Translations under genes and position numbers: made by a program
Notes under the pieces: model-generated
What the model was told of the DNA's origin: nothing
What the model saw: the letters and a program-made list of their open reading frames with translations, nothing else
Databases searched by the model: none
In this document: positions 27,005-40,450 of the stretch, piece after piece
Layout of the letters: each line of letters opens with the position of its first letter
Position numbering within the stretch: position 1 is the stretch's first letter
Source: Octopus vulgaris
Taxonomy: Eukaryota
Direction of reading: 5' to 3'
NCBI GenBank assembly: GCA_951406725.2
Contig: OX597816.1
Location: forward strand, 21,886,001-21,950,000
Length of the DNA: 64,000 nt

Positions 27005-28333
27005 CTGGAATATGAGTGAAGTAAAGAATATAGATAGAAAAATACGCAAGCTGCTGAGTTGTAATAGGATGCACCACCCAAAGGCAGACGTAGATCGCCT
27101 TTACCTTCCCAGAGCCCAAGGAGGTCGAGGCCTGATCCAATTTGAACTGGCTTACAAAACAACCACAATTGGACTGGCCAAATATCTCGAAATATCGAAT
27201 GACTGGATGCTAAAGCTCGTGGAAAATCACGAGAGACGAAAGAAGCTTCATTCTATCATAAAGGAAAGCAAAAAATTTGCTATTGATCTCGTGCAGGATA
27301 CCCAAACTGAACAACCCGAGGGAAGTACGGCAACTATTGTTGCAAAGAAGGTGAAAATGATGGCAATGAAAAAAGCGCACGAGCAATTGGCTGATATGTG
27401 GGAGGAGAAACCTCTGCACGGCAAATATGTGACCCGCAGCAAACAAGCTGATGTTGACCAGAAGCAAACCCATCAGTGGCTACGGAGCTCAGGGCTAAAA
27501 GCAGAGAGTGAAGGTTTCATCCTGCCTGCTCAAGATCAAAGCCTATTAACCCGGAACTACCAGGCCAATGTGATGAAAAATGGAGCAGACCCAAAATGCC
27601 GATTCTGCAACGACATGATTGAAACAGTGGACCACCTAATCTCTGGATGTAAAGTCTTAGCACCAGTGGAGTATAAATTAAGACATGACAGAGTTGGCCA
27701 ATATCTCCACTGGCTAATAAGTTGGCATTACAATATCAAAACTGCCGACAAGTGGTATAATCACCACCCTGAGGCTGTAACTGAAGGAGAAAATGTAACC
27801 ATTCTGTGGGACTTTCCAGTACATACAGACCGAACCATCAAGGCCAATAAACCAGATATTGTTGTGAAAGACCAAAACAATAAAGTTTGCTTATTGATCG
27901 ACATGAGCATCCCCTGTGATCATAATATCTCAGCGAAAGAGTTTGGCAAGCTCAGAAAATATAAAGACCTACTCATTGAAATTGAGAAAATGTGGCATCT
28001 CAAGGCGGTTACAATACCAGTGATCGTAGGAGCACTAGGAATGATCAAGAAGGGAACCGAAAATTATATGAGAATGATCCCTGGCTTACCATCCCTGCAA
28101 GAAGTGCAAAAGATTGTCTTAACTGGTACATCACACGTATTGAGAAGAGCATTGTCGATGTGAGAACTGTTGCTGCTCATGTATTTTAATTTAACTTTAA
28201 AAAAAAAAAAAAAAATGAACGAACTACTGAGTTTGGTTTAATGGCCTACCAATGTATACTATGAGTTTCTTTGCCCTAGGAGTCGGGAAGACACTCGGCA
28301 AGAAATGGAAACAAATTTTAAAGGAAAAAAAAA
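27005..28333 (+). mobile_element. 5'-truncated R4/Dong-clade non-LTR retrotransposon in (TAA)n
   Basis: Uninterrupted ORF plus a 3' UTR ending ggcaagaaatggaaacaaattttaaagg-A run; TAA arrays on both sides. Confidence 0.92.
27006..28163 (+). CDS. C-terminal part of a retrotransposon protein: RT thumb, CCHC zinc knuckle, restriction-like (PD..D) endonuclease
   Basis: HPKADVDRLYLPRAQGGRGL; CRFC..ETVDHLISGC; RHD; ILWDF..TD..ANKPDIVV..LIDMSIP; KYKDL. The RT core is absent, and the upstream poly-Ile is microsatellite. Confidence 0.9.
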   Translation, partial: WNMSEVKNIDRKIRKLLSCNRMHHPKADVDRLYLPRAQGGRGLIQFELAYKTTTIGLAKYLEISNDWMLKLVENHERRKKLHSIIKESKKFAIDLVQDTQTEQPEGSTATIVAKKVKMMAMKKAHEQLADMWEEKPLHGKYVTRSKQADVDQKQTHQWLRSSGLKAESEGFILPAQDQSLLTRNYQANVMKNGADPKCRFCNDMIETVDHLISGCKVLAPVEYKLRHDRVGQYLHWLISWHYNIKTADKWYNHHPEAVTEGENVTILWDFPVHTDRTIKANKPDIVVKDQNNKVCLLIDMSIPCDHNISAKEFGKLRKYKDLLIEIEKMWHLKAVTIPVIVGALGMIKKGTENYMRMIPGLPSLQEVQKIVLTGTSHVLRRALSM

Positions 28334-28420
28334 TTATAATAATAATAATAATAATTATTATTATAATAATAATAATAATAATAATAATTATTATTATTAT
28401 AATAATGATAATAATAATTC

Positions 28421-29820
28421 CTTTATTAACCACAAGGGTTTACTTGAAGAAATACGTTACGGACAGTACAGGAAAAAAACAAGAAATGTGTGGTTATGTG
28501 TGTCAGTGCGTGTAGTTGTGAGGAAAGTAAATGCTACGGCTTGTTTGCCAAAATAGATGCAGAAAAAACTCATATACTATTGCCAAGGAAGCTTGAAAAT
28601 TCGCAAGGGAACTCGTCATCAAACCCTGAATCAGAGGAAGAACCTGGAAACGCTGCTACCATTGCAAAACGGATCAAACAGATTGGGAAAAGAAACGGGC
28701 AGAAATTAAGGAGCAATGCAGCCAGAAGCCTGTAGATGTACAGTATATATTTCAAAGCCAAAATGCTGATGTAGACCAAGCAACAACCCATCAGTGGCTG
28801 AGAAGCTCAGGACTGAAAGCAGAGACTGAACGTTTCATATTGGCGGCACAAGATCAAAGCTTTCTCACAAAAAAAAAAACTACCACGCTAACGTTCTCCA
28901 AAATGGTTCTGACCCTAAATATAGATTCTGCAATAAATTTGATGAAACAATAGACATATACTGACATCAAAGTAAAACATCGCTATGAAAGTGTTGGACA
29001 GTATTTACGTTGGAAAAATATGTAAACTCTACAATATCATCACTCCTGCTTACATGTATGAACATCATCTTGAGCCAGTTGTTGAAGATAAACATGTCAC
29101 TATCTTCTGGGATTTTGCAGTCAACACCGACAGAACAATCCATGCGAATCGACTAGACATAGTCATTAAAGACAGGGAAGAAAAATACTTGTACACTTAT
29201 ACAAGTGAGTGTTCCCACTGATAAAAATTAAATTTGTAAACAAGATGCAGCACGGATTTTTGTCAGTGAACAGGTCGCGGTCTTAAAGCGACGAAAATAT
29301 TTTGACAAATTAAACTTAAATGTTGAAGTGAATCGAACGGCTTTCTTAAATAGCTTACAAACACCTTCACGCTGCAATTGTTTTCGTTTCAGCACACGAT
29401 CTCAGATCAAATCACTTGCTATGCAGGTACATCTCCGTAAACTTGTAAAGAATTCACAAATTATGTAAATATAGATATTTGAAAAATGAAACAAAAAAGA
29501 TGTGGCATATTAAAGGAAGAATTGTTCCTGCTACTATGGGTGGCCTGTGAATCATAAGAAAGGGATATCAGAAACATCTAGATAATATCCCAGGAAAACC
29601 ATGCCTACGAGAAATCCGAAAGATTGTCTGAACACATCCTTAGAAAAACCCTATCCATTTAAATATCTGTTGTATTACATGTAGATATTTCGCTATTGTC
29701 CCTGCCATTCCCCTGCCCAAGCTTTCAGTCATACTGTTACGGCTCTTATCCTTCACTCGCACCAGGAACCTAGGTGTGTCTCCGCAAATGATTGTAACAA
29801 ATATGGAGATTGAAAATAAG
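28421..29820 (+). mobile_element. Second, decayed R4/Dong copy of a related subfamily, interrupted at ~29230-29440 by another repeat
   Basis: THQWLRSSGLKAETERFILAAQDQS and IFWDFAVNTDRTIHANRLDIVIKD, with stops and frameshifts; ends in (TAAA)/(TAA)n. Confidence 0.85.
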
Positions 29821-29824
29821 TAAA

Positions 29825-29983
<159 letters not shown>

Positions 29984-30526
29984 GTACCAGGCAGTGGCTC
30001 TCATGGCTTCTGATCTTAACTGATTGGAAGTTTTATCATGTATATTGTTTTGTCTTGGTATAAAAGATGGGCTACAGCAAATATTCTGCTCAATACCACA
30101 GATTTGCTTGTCAGTTGTTTGACCTTAACCTGTTGAGCATGTCCCTTAGTGGCTGACGATATGTGCATCTCTGATCACGAGCAGAAGTAGTGGGGGAGCA
30201 TCATAGCCATGTGTTGAGAGGGATTCTTTGGGGTTTGAATAATTCACCTCTGGAAACATGGGTGGTTCTTTCAACATCCTTAAACCACCCTTATTCAGGG
30301 ACCTTTTGAGCGGTATGGGCTACTCAACCTGAAGAAATTTCTAACTGGGCCCCACCTGCAAGGTCATGTGCTGTTTATCTTGATATGAGATCACCATGTC
30401 GCGCACATATGGTTGTGATGCATGTGCCCGGTGTACCCTTATCAGACGGGTAGTCATGATTTGTATATTGGGCTTCGTATATTTTACCCTATTGTCACTT
30501 TGATGGCATGAACTGCTCTCTCACTC
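29984..30526 (+). mobile_element. Non-coding interspersed element flanked by (TAA)n
   Basis: Second partial copy at 11515; ends ctctctcactc-(AAT)n. Confidence 0.75.
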
Positions 30527-30572
<46 letters not shown>

Positions 30573-30582
30573 GTAATAATAT

Positions 30583-31081
30583 GTTCTTTATTAGCCACAC
30601 AGGGCTGCACACAGATAGAACAAATTAAAGGTAATTTTCTTTGAAGGTTTAAGAAAAAAAAAAAAAAAAAAAGGAAGGGGAGTTTGATCAAAAGGGATCG
30701 TAAAAGGAGAGAAGAGGACAAAAAAGGGGTTTAAAAAAAGGGGGAGGAAAAAAATTGATCAATAGGGATCGTTATCACAGAAATAAATAAAGTGTAAAGG
30801 GAGGACAGGTAATAATACGGAAAGACACGGTAATAATGATGTCACATTTTATATTTCTTTTTTTTAAATAGAACTATTCTGAGACTATTAGGGCTCGTAT
30901 GATTTCTACATTCACCCATCTTTTTAAAACATTCGCTAGACAAAACTTGAGAATGTTTTAAAAAGATGGGTAATATGGCACGTATGAATAAACCACCTAA
31001 TAATGAACCCAGAAATCGAAACAGAGATTGCAAAAAAAAAAAATATAAAATGTGACATCAATTACCGTGGTCTTTCCGTAT
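30583..31081 (-). mobile_element. 3' end of a Tx1/L1-like LINE with an inverted (fold-back) segment
   Basis: Minus tail gcagccctgtgtggctaataaagaa; 30815-30933 is imperfectly inverted at 30950-31081. Confidence 0.65.
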
Positions 31082-31119
31082 AATAATATATGACAATAAT
31101 GATGATGATGATGATGATG

Positions 31120-31171
<52 letters not shown>

Positions 31172-31689
31172 TAATTATTATTATTATTATATTATTATTA
31201 TTATTATTATTATTATACTAATCATATTAATTATAGTATCCCAAAATAGATGTAACATTTTTGTAATTATATATATATATATATATATACGTACTTATTC
31301 ACACACACACACACGTAATGTGTATGTGTGTTTATGTGAGTATGTGTGTGTTTGTGTGTGCGTGTATGTGACTGTGTGTGTGTAGTTATTATTATATCGT
31401 TATCAGTATAATGAGGTGATTTGTACAACTGAAACGGCTCAATATTTTCTAACCATAAAACTGATCTAATCAAGATATATCTACAGGTAAATACAATATA
31501 TAATTTGTGTTTTATAATCTAGCTTTTGATTTCCAATTTCTCAGCAATATTTCGTCTCCATAACGATCGCGTTAAAAATTCAAGTGCCTTTTCATCATTG
31601 AAGGAATCATGAGTAAACCTAATTTCCAATCTGAAATTACCGATTGCTATGATAATAACACACATACACACAAAAGCACGCCAACCCAT

Positions 31690-31835
31690 TCATGTTTACA
31701 TATGTATGTATACATACATATGTACATCTATACATACATATATGTATATATATATATACTATATATATATATATATACATATATGTATGTATACATACAT
31801 ACATACATCTATATATGTATATGTATATATATATA

Positions 31836-31872
<37 letters not shown>

Positions 31873-31913
31873 ATATATATATATATACTTACATATATTA
31901 GAAGGTTTGGAGA

Positions 31914-31947
<34 letters not shown>

Positions 31948-31981
31948 TTATACACATATACATTAATATATGTATAAACAC

Positions 31982-32038
<57 letters not shown>

Positions 32039-32152
32039 ATATATATATACATATATATACATACACAAACATATATATGCATGCTATTATATATATTTGT
32101 ATATACATATGTTTATGTATATACATGTATATGTACATATATATATATATGA

Positions 32153-32188
<36 letters not shown>

Positions 32189-32350
32189 GCATATATATGA
32201 ATTAATATGGACACATATGCCTAAATGTATATTTATTTATATATAGATACGCACATGCATACACATATATATGTATACACCAACACACATATATATTTTG
32301 TATATCTGCATATATATGTGCATATACATATACATATACATACATATATA
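31690..32350. repeat. Long degenerate (TA)n/(CATA)n array
   Basis: Visible runs. Confidence 0.95.
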
Positions 32351-33239
32351 CGTGTGTGAGTGCCTGTGTGAGAGTGCTGAGTGCGCGTGTTTGTGCTTGC
32401 GTGTGTGTGTGTCAGCTGTGTACAATCACAATTCTTCAGTCAATATTCTGCACCAAGTTGGCAACATTGTTTCATTTATTTCCTTTGTCAGTGAAGTAAT
32501 GAAATCAATCAGACTTTCGTTGCATTGTTTTCCTTTTGTGTTTCGTTTGATTTAGTTTTGATCAGTATGTTATTGGTATTATGATTTTTTTAGTAGTATC
32601 AGCTTTATTGCGTGCTTTCACTGATCAACCGACCGCTGCTCTCTACACCTTTGTTATGTACAGTGTTTTGTTTTGATTTTTACAATGTCTGTTTCAGTGT
32701 CAGCATTCTTCCTAATATGTTTGCAGCATCTAGTGTTCCTAATTTTTGTTTGATGTTCATATTTGTGAAGATCAGTGGTTTTGGTTATGTAATTTCCTGC
32801 ATGTTCCTTTAATTCTTTCAATTTATACGTTATCATTGTATTTGATTTTGATTTTCCTTTCTCGCATTCTTTGTTTTCTCTATTTTTGAAGTCTCTATAT
32901 ATGGACAAATACGTTAATCTCCTTCAGGAATACATCATCCCCTGTTGGGAAATGGATCTCCGTTTAGGATCTGAGTCATTTCTTAGTACACCTTGTCTAC
33001 ATTATCTATCCGATTTAACTTAATATCTTAATCTGTGTGGATTAGTAAAATCTCCGAATATGCCCCCTTAATCATTCACCAAATTTTTTCCACCGTGTGA
33101 CTATTATCGCCGCTTTTCTGTCGTCTTCCATTATGCTTTAACAGCGACTATAATTTCAGAATAATTCGTAACTAAGGTTATTCGTTCGCTAAGCCTGAGT
33201 AGCGAGAAAAAGTAAAGCAAAAGACGTGGTTTCTTATAT

Positions 33240-34070
33240 GGCACACTTGCGGCAGATAAACCTTTTTTTTACAATCATTATGTGAACTTCGCGATTCCTC
33301 GTATGGAATGCATTGTTGGCGTACTGCAGCCAAGCGTTCTTAAATTCTGATTGCACATCTTGTATTTCATTTCTGCTGTTATGATTTTTGGTTCTCTTAC
33401 CTTGCTAATTTATAGTCTATTTTCCATGTAGGTTAGTGTCTTCCGTGCACCACCTTCTAAAGTTTCTTTTCAGTTAATCAGTTGTTTAGTTTTCTTTGAC
33501 AGTTTGTTGTCGTTCCAGTGGTTGATTTGCATTTCTGCTATCCTTGAAGAAAGTACAAAACAAAAATAAAAACATTCAATTTATAGTATTCGTCTTACGT
33601 AATTTTTTATATAAGGTTTTCGACAGATAAATTGTTGTCTTTTAATAATTATTTTATAAAAGTTTCTAGTTGAATAAATCTACTAGATACTAGTATTAGT
33701 GGAAAATATAATGTTTTAGTATTATACTTCGAATGAAACCTTTCATTTTCTAATTAGTTCTTTTGATATCACATCCTGCTAATAAGCTCAGCAACCAGTC
33801 CAAAAATTACAACTTATTCTTGCTAAAGTTTTATTCCTTTTTAGTTTTGCAATTATATATGGCCTCCATATTACTCCGTCTTTCATTCTTGTCGAAATCT
33901 CTCACGTACATGGTTCCTCAGTATCTCTAAGTTTGTCATTTTCTCTATTTCTCTCAATGTCTCTGTTATTGTCACTCTATCATGATAATCACTGCTTTCC
34001 TTTATATTTTGTCAACACTGCATTTGCGATAAATTCTAATCTCATACCCATTTCTCTTCTAAATCTGTCT
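33240..34070 (-). mobile_element. Highly decayed R4/Dong-like LINE remnant
   Basis: Minus traces MGMRLEF..AVLTKYKGK and RFIQLET parallel the 'IGMEFG..KCA..KGK' and 'RGLIQLE' segments. Confidence 0.45.
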
Positions 34071-34278
34071 TTGCTTTAATATGATTTGATGGTTTTCGTA
34101 TGCAGTGCACAACCTGAGGTCATTCATATAGAAAAAAATGGTTCATTTATTCTCAGACCATCTATACTTACGTCCACTCTTTTGGGTCGTCGCCAAGATC
34201 TCCTCGCCGACATTAATTTTAATCACAACGCACAATATGATACGTGCTCATCAAGAGTTTGTTTTCTACTTTGAGATG

Positions 34279-34434
34279 TGTTGTGTTGACGCCCCCAGAC
34301 GATGAAGTAGGCTAGCCCAATACGTAGATACAGAGGGAGAAGTCTAGACGTCAAGGTAGACTAGAACATTAGAGAGTAGAGTTGGGTTGAGTAGTAGGCA
34401 TCTGAACGCGTGACATAACAGTGGCGACGAGGAT
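34279..34434 (+). mobile_element. Short LTR (~142 bp) followed by a primer-binding site
   Basis: TGTTGTGTT...GACATAACA inverted termini, then g-TGGCGACGAGGAT (34422-34434), complementary to the 3' end of tRNA-Ser(GCU). Confidence 0.65.
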
Positions 34435-34714
34435 TTCGTAGCACACACAGCCACTATGTAGTATTGCGATATAACAACACGGCACTGTTGATGTATTTTA
34501 ATAGTATCGGAAAAGCTTTCGCTATGTGGTGTGACCTGTATATAAAAGACAGTAGTAAAATATCAAATCATTTTCAGTAATCACTACAAAAAGCACCATG
34601 CCTTATCATCATTATATCCCTTACTTGTACGATACTAGGTTCGTTAACAGCTGAGAGGTCTGCTGAGCACGCCCGGTTTTCCGCGCCAAACAGAAAACTC
34701 CATTCCGGCACACC

Positions 34715-34947
34715 TATTTCTTTACAACCCACAAGGGGCTAAACACAGAGCGGACAAACAAGGACAGACATAGGTATTAAGTCGATTACATCGACCCCAG
34801 TGCGTAACTGGTACTTAATTTATCGACCCCTGAAAGGATGAAAGGCAAAGTCGACCTCGGCGGAATTTGAACTCACAGCGTAACGCAGACGAAATACCGC
34901 TAAGCATTTCGCCCGGCGTGCTAACGTTTCTGCCAGCTCGCCGCCTT
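34715..34947 (-). mobile_element. SINE family A, young monomer
   Basis: Complete head-core-tail; TSD cattccggcacacc at 34701 and 34952. Confidence 0.93.
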
Positions 34948-35799
34948 TTGACATTCCGGCACACCGTTTGACATATCTTTTCCTGGCCTTGATTTACTGC
35001 CTCCTGCCGTGTAGAACGTTGTTGGAGATTTTGGTTTTTACCCGTGAAATATTTATTACGTGCGCGATACCCTTAAATATTTTATTGTGCCTCTACGTAT
35101 ATCTTCCAAGGACTGGTTTTACTCTGCAAGGACTCAATATGTGTTCCATTGCCGGTTTATCCCGGCAGAGTAAGCAGAATCATTAGCACACCGCATAAAA
35201 TGCTTAACGGAATTTCGTCCGCATTTACGTTTAAGAGTTTAAATTTCGCCGAGGTCGAATTTAACATTTAACCTTCCGGGGTCAATGAAATGAGTATCAT
35301 TTAATCACTGGGATCGACGATTGGCCCCGCAACAAAATTTCAGACATTGTACCTGTAATAAAAAGGATTATTATTAATATCATCATTATCCTCATCATCG
35401 CCATCATCGTCTTCATCATCATCATCGTCGTCGTCGTCGTCGTCACCGTCATTATCATCATCATCATCATCATCATCTTGATTATTTGTAGAAGTAGTAG
35501 TTGTGACTAGCAGCAGCAGTTTTAGTAGTAGTACTACAGATAAATTGAGCCCCAAGAAAACCGAGTTAAATATTGGTTTGGTCTTTATTTACAATTTGAT
35601 CATTCTCTTGAACAATAGGTATTTAGGCTTTGTGTTTGCGCCCTCTTGTAGATTTTGGTAATATAGTGTTGAACATTATCTTTTAGATATTTTCCCTTGG
35701 TCTAGAAAAAAATAAAACTTTTGAACGTAATTTTTTCTTCGGAAAACGCCTACCGGATGATAATTTGGAAAGTGATTATTACAGAGACGTGTAACAAAA

Positions 35800-38700
35800 A
35801 CAAACAAAAAAAATTACACGGACATAAAGTAGCAGATTATGACACTTCAATGGACAGTGGCGCTAGTGTGAACAATTCTATCGAGATATTTGGCAGCAAC
35901 GAAGCCACCATGAAGAAAATTTCAACAAAAACTCGCAAATTTTGCTAAATAAATACATCGTAAATTACATCAGTGAGAATTTTAAAAAAAATTCTTAGCA
36001 TTCCTAATCGAATGCTGATTTCTACATTAAATTAATTTGATTCAAGAAGAGAGTGGCAACCATGCGTCAGAAGAGAGTGCATAACCATGCCTGAGGGATT
36101 TAACATCTAAGAATTTAGGAGGCGAAAATTGATGCACTTGCACTAAACAGATTAGAATGAGGTGTTCAGTGTATCCTCAAAATAAAAAAAAAGGGAGGGC
36201 TCTGGCCGACGTGTGAGAGAATGTGGTCACCACAGATCGAGAGTACGATATAACGGTGTGTTTTGGGTGTTTAAAGATCGAGGCTGGAACAAAAGGGACA
36301 AGCTGAGTTGATGAGGTACTCACCTGCTAATACAGTTAACTAGCAATACAATTAACATTGAAATACAAGTAAAAGGTGAAATTTTTAAAAAAGAGGTGGA
36401 ACTAGAGACAGTCATCTGTAAATCACAGTCAACTGGTATCACAATAAAGGTGGTTAGTTAAGGAAGGTGTATCTAAAATCGTTATGGGTCGGGGAGAAGG
36501 ATTGTAGGGACATAAATGTTATACTGAACTCGGAAAAGCACGGAAGCATTCTGCAATTATCTCCGATAGTGGGTTTTGAAAAAAGACCAATTACATAAAC
36601 AGCGACAGTAGAAAACTTGACAGCTGCTCGTGCTGTAGGAACTCTAGTTTCTGTCCTGGGGACATGAAAAACAGATGAAGTGATGTACCAATGTACAATT
36701 CCACAAATATCAGCAAACATCGAAGGAATATAAATGTATGTGGTTTGAGTTTGTCCCGGAAGCATTATCACTTACAGAGCGACCGCAAGTTATTAGCTAT
36801 AGATGTGACAGTCGTCGGTGAGATCAGTATCTCCGATACGCGCAAGCTCGCGCTCATGTGTAACACTTTGAGATCTCTGCCCATCGGCTTGTTGACCTGG
36901 ACTGGGAATGGGTTGCAATACTGTTGAAAAAACACATGGATTTCGAGGTCTGCACTAACATTCAGGACCCAGATTGTAGGTTGGTAGTCGTGGATATGCG
37001 CAATAGCGATGGTAGTATTTTAAGATTAGTTCATGTGTACACTCAGACTGGGGTGTGGCAGACGGAATTTTCAGACGTTTGGAGAATTTCCTTGGTACGT
37101 CTCGCTGTTTAGTACTCGCGGGGATTTGGAATGCTATCTTGGACGCAAGCCTAGACTGTATGTGGCTAGCCAATAAGGGACAGAGATATAAATGCGTCAC
37201 AAGCCTTGTCTTATACTTCCTATCGGCTTACAGGTACCAACTTTATTTTTCCAACGCGCCAATGAGGACATGGACAAACAACCTAGGATCTTCCACATCA
37301 TATCCAGAGAGAGTATTCTGTTGGCCAGAATATAGAAGAGACCTAATTTGTCCACTGTTCAAAGTCGTCGACTACGCTGACCACAAATAGACAAGGCTAC
37401 AGGAAGCTGAAATCGTCGTTCAAGATGCGTCAAGCTTTCAGTGATCGGTTGGCCGGTTAATCCATCGGAAATCGTCAGCAGCAATTGTCAACAACCAATG
37501 GTGACCAGCTAGAAGGGTTGCTTAGGAAAGTCATAGCAGCCAACGTACTAGCGGCGAAATTGACTCCTGGCCGTCTTCCCTTGCTCTCTTTTGTTGCCCA
37601 TCTAACTGGAGTCCTATTTTACTTTCTATGGAAGGAATGAATTCAGCTATTTATACGGCCCATTTATTGTCAGGAGTTGATGCGTGGAGGGAGGGCATGT
37701 TGTAGTTAATGATCCGCAGCCAAGCGCTGAGATTGCGATATCTCCAGCGAATCCTTGACAGTGAGAAGGTGTAGTCGCCAATTGTCAAGCAGGATTGTCA
37801 ACAGCTACTCATATTGATGGGGCTGCAGTCCTGGATCACGTACATACTTGGACAAATTTTTGGAGCGTGGAGTCGCAAAGCACTCACAGTCCTCTGCCAG
37901 TCGAGCAATGATGTCGATGGATGTTCCATCGTGAAGTTCTATGGAGGATTACTGGCGGTCAAAGTGATGACGTCCTCAGGGAATATCTGCGAACCATGGA
38001 AGATCAGAAAATGTCTGGGGATCGGAGGAGTTTCGGAAATTCTTCGGTTTTTTTCCAGAGGACTTTCGCAAATTTTTCACAGGACCGGGTCCTATGTATA
38101 TTTCCAGAAATCCCAGGTCTAGCATCGATATAGAGGATTTGTCGATCCAAGATAAGCTCTGTGGGAATGGAGGTGCTTTCAGACAGACGTAGATGGATGA
38201 AAGCGTTTAGCATGCACTCGTCCAGTGTCCGCCCATTGCTAAGTTGTGGAGACCTATTTACTAGCTGTTGTCACGTGTAGGGCAGGTCCAGTTTTCGGCC
38301 GAGTTCATCATGAGGATCGCCCTCCTGCCTTCTTTTGACCGGAAGGGCTGACAGTTTTTCTCAGTCAAGTGGCTATGATAAAGCGAATGTCGTGGACAAT
38401 TTTTTGAAAAGACTGAAGTCAGACGCTCTTCTGAACGGCCAAGCTCATGTCGATTTTTGCAAGTTCTACATTAAATGGAAAGCAAGGGTCGAGATAGCTG
38501 GAAGTGTTTCACATCTCTACACCCAGTATTTTTGTTGTAAGGTGGTGGTTATGTGACGAGGGTGACATGTCTGAATTGGCTTAGCTTAAACATGCGCCTG
38601 TTGACATGAAGGGATGAAGGGGACAGTCATGCCTTTTTGAGATACCTTTGGATAAAGGGCTGACCATGACGTATGGGGTCCTACTCCTTTTCTCTGGCTG

Positions 38701-38850
38701 GAACGCTCCCCTTTAGGGGAATTCTATATGATTATTTTTGTTAATTATTCTTGTTTTTATATTGTTTACAATTGAGTTTGTGTGAAGCCCACTGTCCCTT
38801 TATGTTAACCTTTTGTTTCGGGTTTGGTTCTTGTGACCAATAAAGATACG
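35800..38850 (+). mobile_element. Decayed Tx1/L1-clade LINE (ORF1 trace, APE endonuclease, RT core deleted, C-terminal region)
   Basis: NINVCGL, DVTVVGE, DPDCRLVVVD, RLVHVY, LVLAGIWNAILD, RTWTN, SYPERVF and YADHK match APE motifs; HALVQCP near the end; 3' aataaag. Confidence 0.8.
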
Positions 38851-38904
38851 ATTCTTATTGTTATCGTTAATGTTATTATTGTTGTTGTTATTATCACTAT
38901 TTTC

Positions 38905-39000
38905 AAAAGCATTTTTCTTTAAATTCTGCTTCCATTTCTTGCCGAGTGTCTTCTTGACACTTAGGGCAGAGAAGCGTACTGTATAACATTGGTAAACCTT
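38905..39000 (-). mobile_element. 3' UTR fragment of the Dong family
   Basis: Reverse complement resembles 28245-28325 (gaagacactcggcaagaaatggaa). Confidence 0.75.
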
Positions 39001-39089
39001 TAAAACAAAGACACCAGATTGTTTATTTACTTAGTCATATGACAGAGAAAAAGGTGAAGACAGACAGAAAAAGAAAAAAATGAAAATAT

Positions 39090-39347
<258 letters not shown>

Positions 39348-39866
39348 GCTCACCATATAATTTTGATCTCTTCGTACGTTAGAAAACACAATCAGACTAC
39401 TCTTTTCGGCAGTTCTTGTTATTTGATTGTGTTGCACATTTTGTTTTCGAAGTGCGTAAGAGGGCAAAGGTGTTCTGATTTGTCTAGATTTTAAACCACT
39501 TGGGGATTTACACAGCTCTATTTATACATCTAGGAAAATATTTAAATATATATATAAGTATTTAGTTTGAAAGAGATGCCTCGAGATGAGTGGTGGTTGT
39601 GGTGGTGGGGGGGAAGAAATTGGTGAGAGAGTGTGGCGGAGGTAATTCCACTTCATTAAGTTAGGCAAAAATATTCCATTATTGTGCTAAAGTAAAAAAA
39701 AAAAGCAACCTTAGAACTAACACCTCCGGCTCTAACTGACTATTATGGTGACTACAGGAACAGCACTAACAACAACAAACCATCATCACAAAACTAACAC
39801 CAAGAACAATATGGCGGACAACAACAACAACACGGACATCAACACCAATTACAACAATAGTACCAA

Positions 39867-40091
39867 TTTCTTTACTACTTCCAAAGGGCTAAACACAAAG
39901 AGGACAAACAAGGACAGACAAACGGATTAAGTCGATTATATCGACCGTAGTGCGTAACTGGTACTTATTTAATCGACCCTGAAAGGATGAAAGGCAAAGT
40001 CGACCTCGGCGGAATTTGAACTCAGAACGCGGACGAAATACCACAAAGCATTTTGCCTGGCGTGCTAACGATTCTGCCAGCTCGCCGCCTT
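39867..40091 (-). mobile_element. SINE family A monomer
   Basis: TSD acaatagtaccaa at 39854 and 40094. Confidence 0.9.
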
Positions 40092-40450
40092 ACACAATAG
40101 TACCAACACTGCTAACAACGACGCTAACACCATTCTTTGCCACTACTATCACTTTGAGCAACAACCAATCAAGTGCGAATATAACAATAGTTACCAATAT
40201 AACAGCAAGTAGCGGCTGTAGATTTTCTGTCAACAATCGTGCTAATATCAAATGAAACAAATCGTTACGACTACAATATTCAAGAAAAGGTGTTTTCAGA
40301 TATCAGGGAAGGTTGAATGGATTAGTTGCACAAAAACGGATTTAGTGAAGCATGAATAAGATCATGTTGAAAATTATTTATTCGAGCTAAACCTCTAAGC
40401 AGATCTTTTTCGACACCAGATTAGAGTTGCGCGTGTGTTATATTATTATT

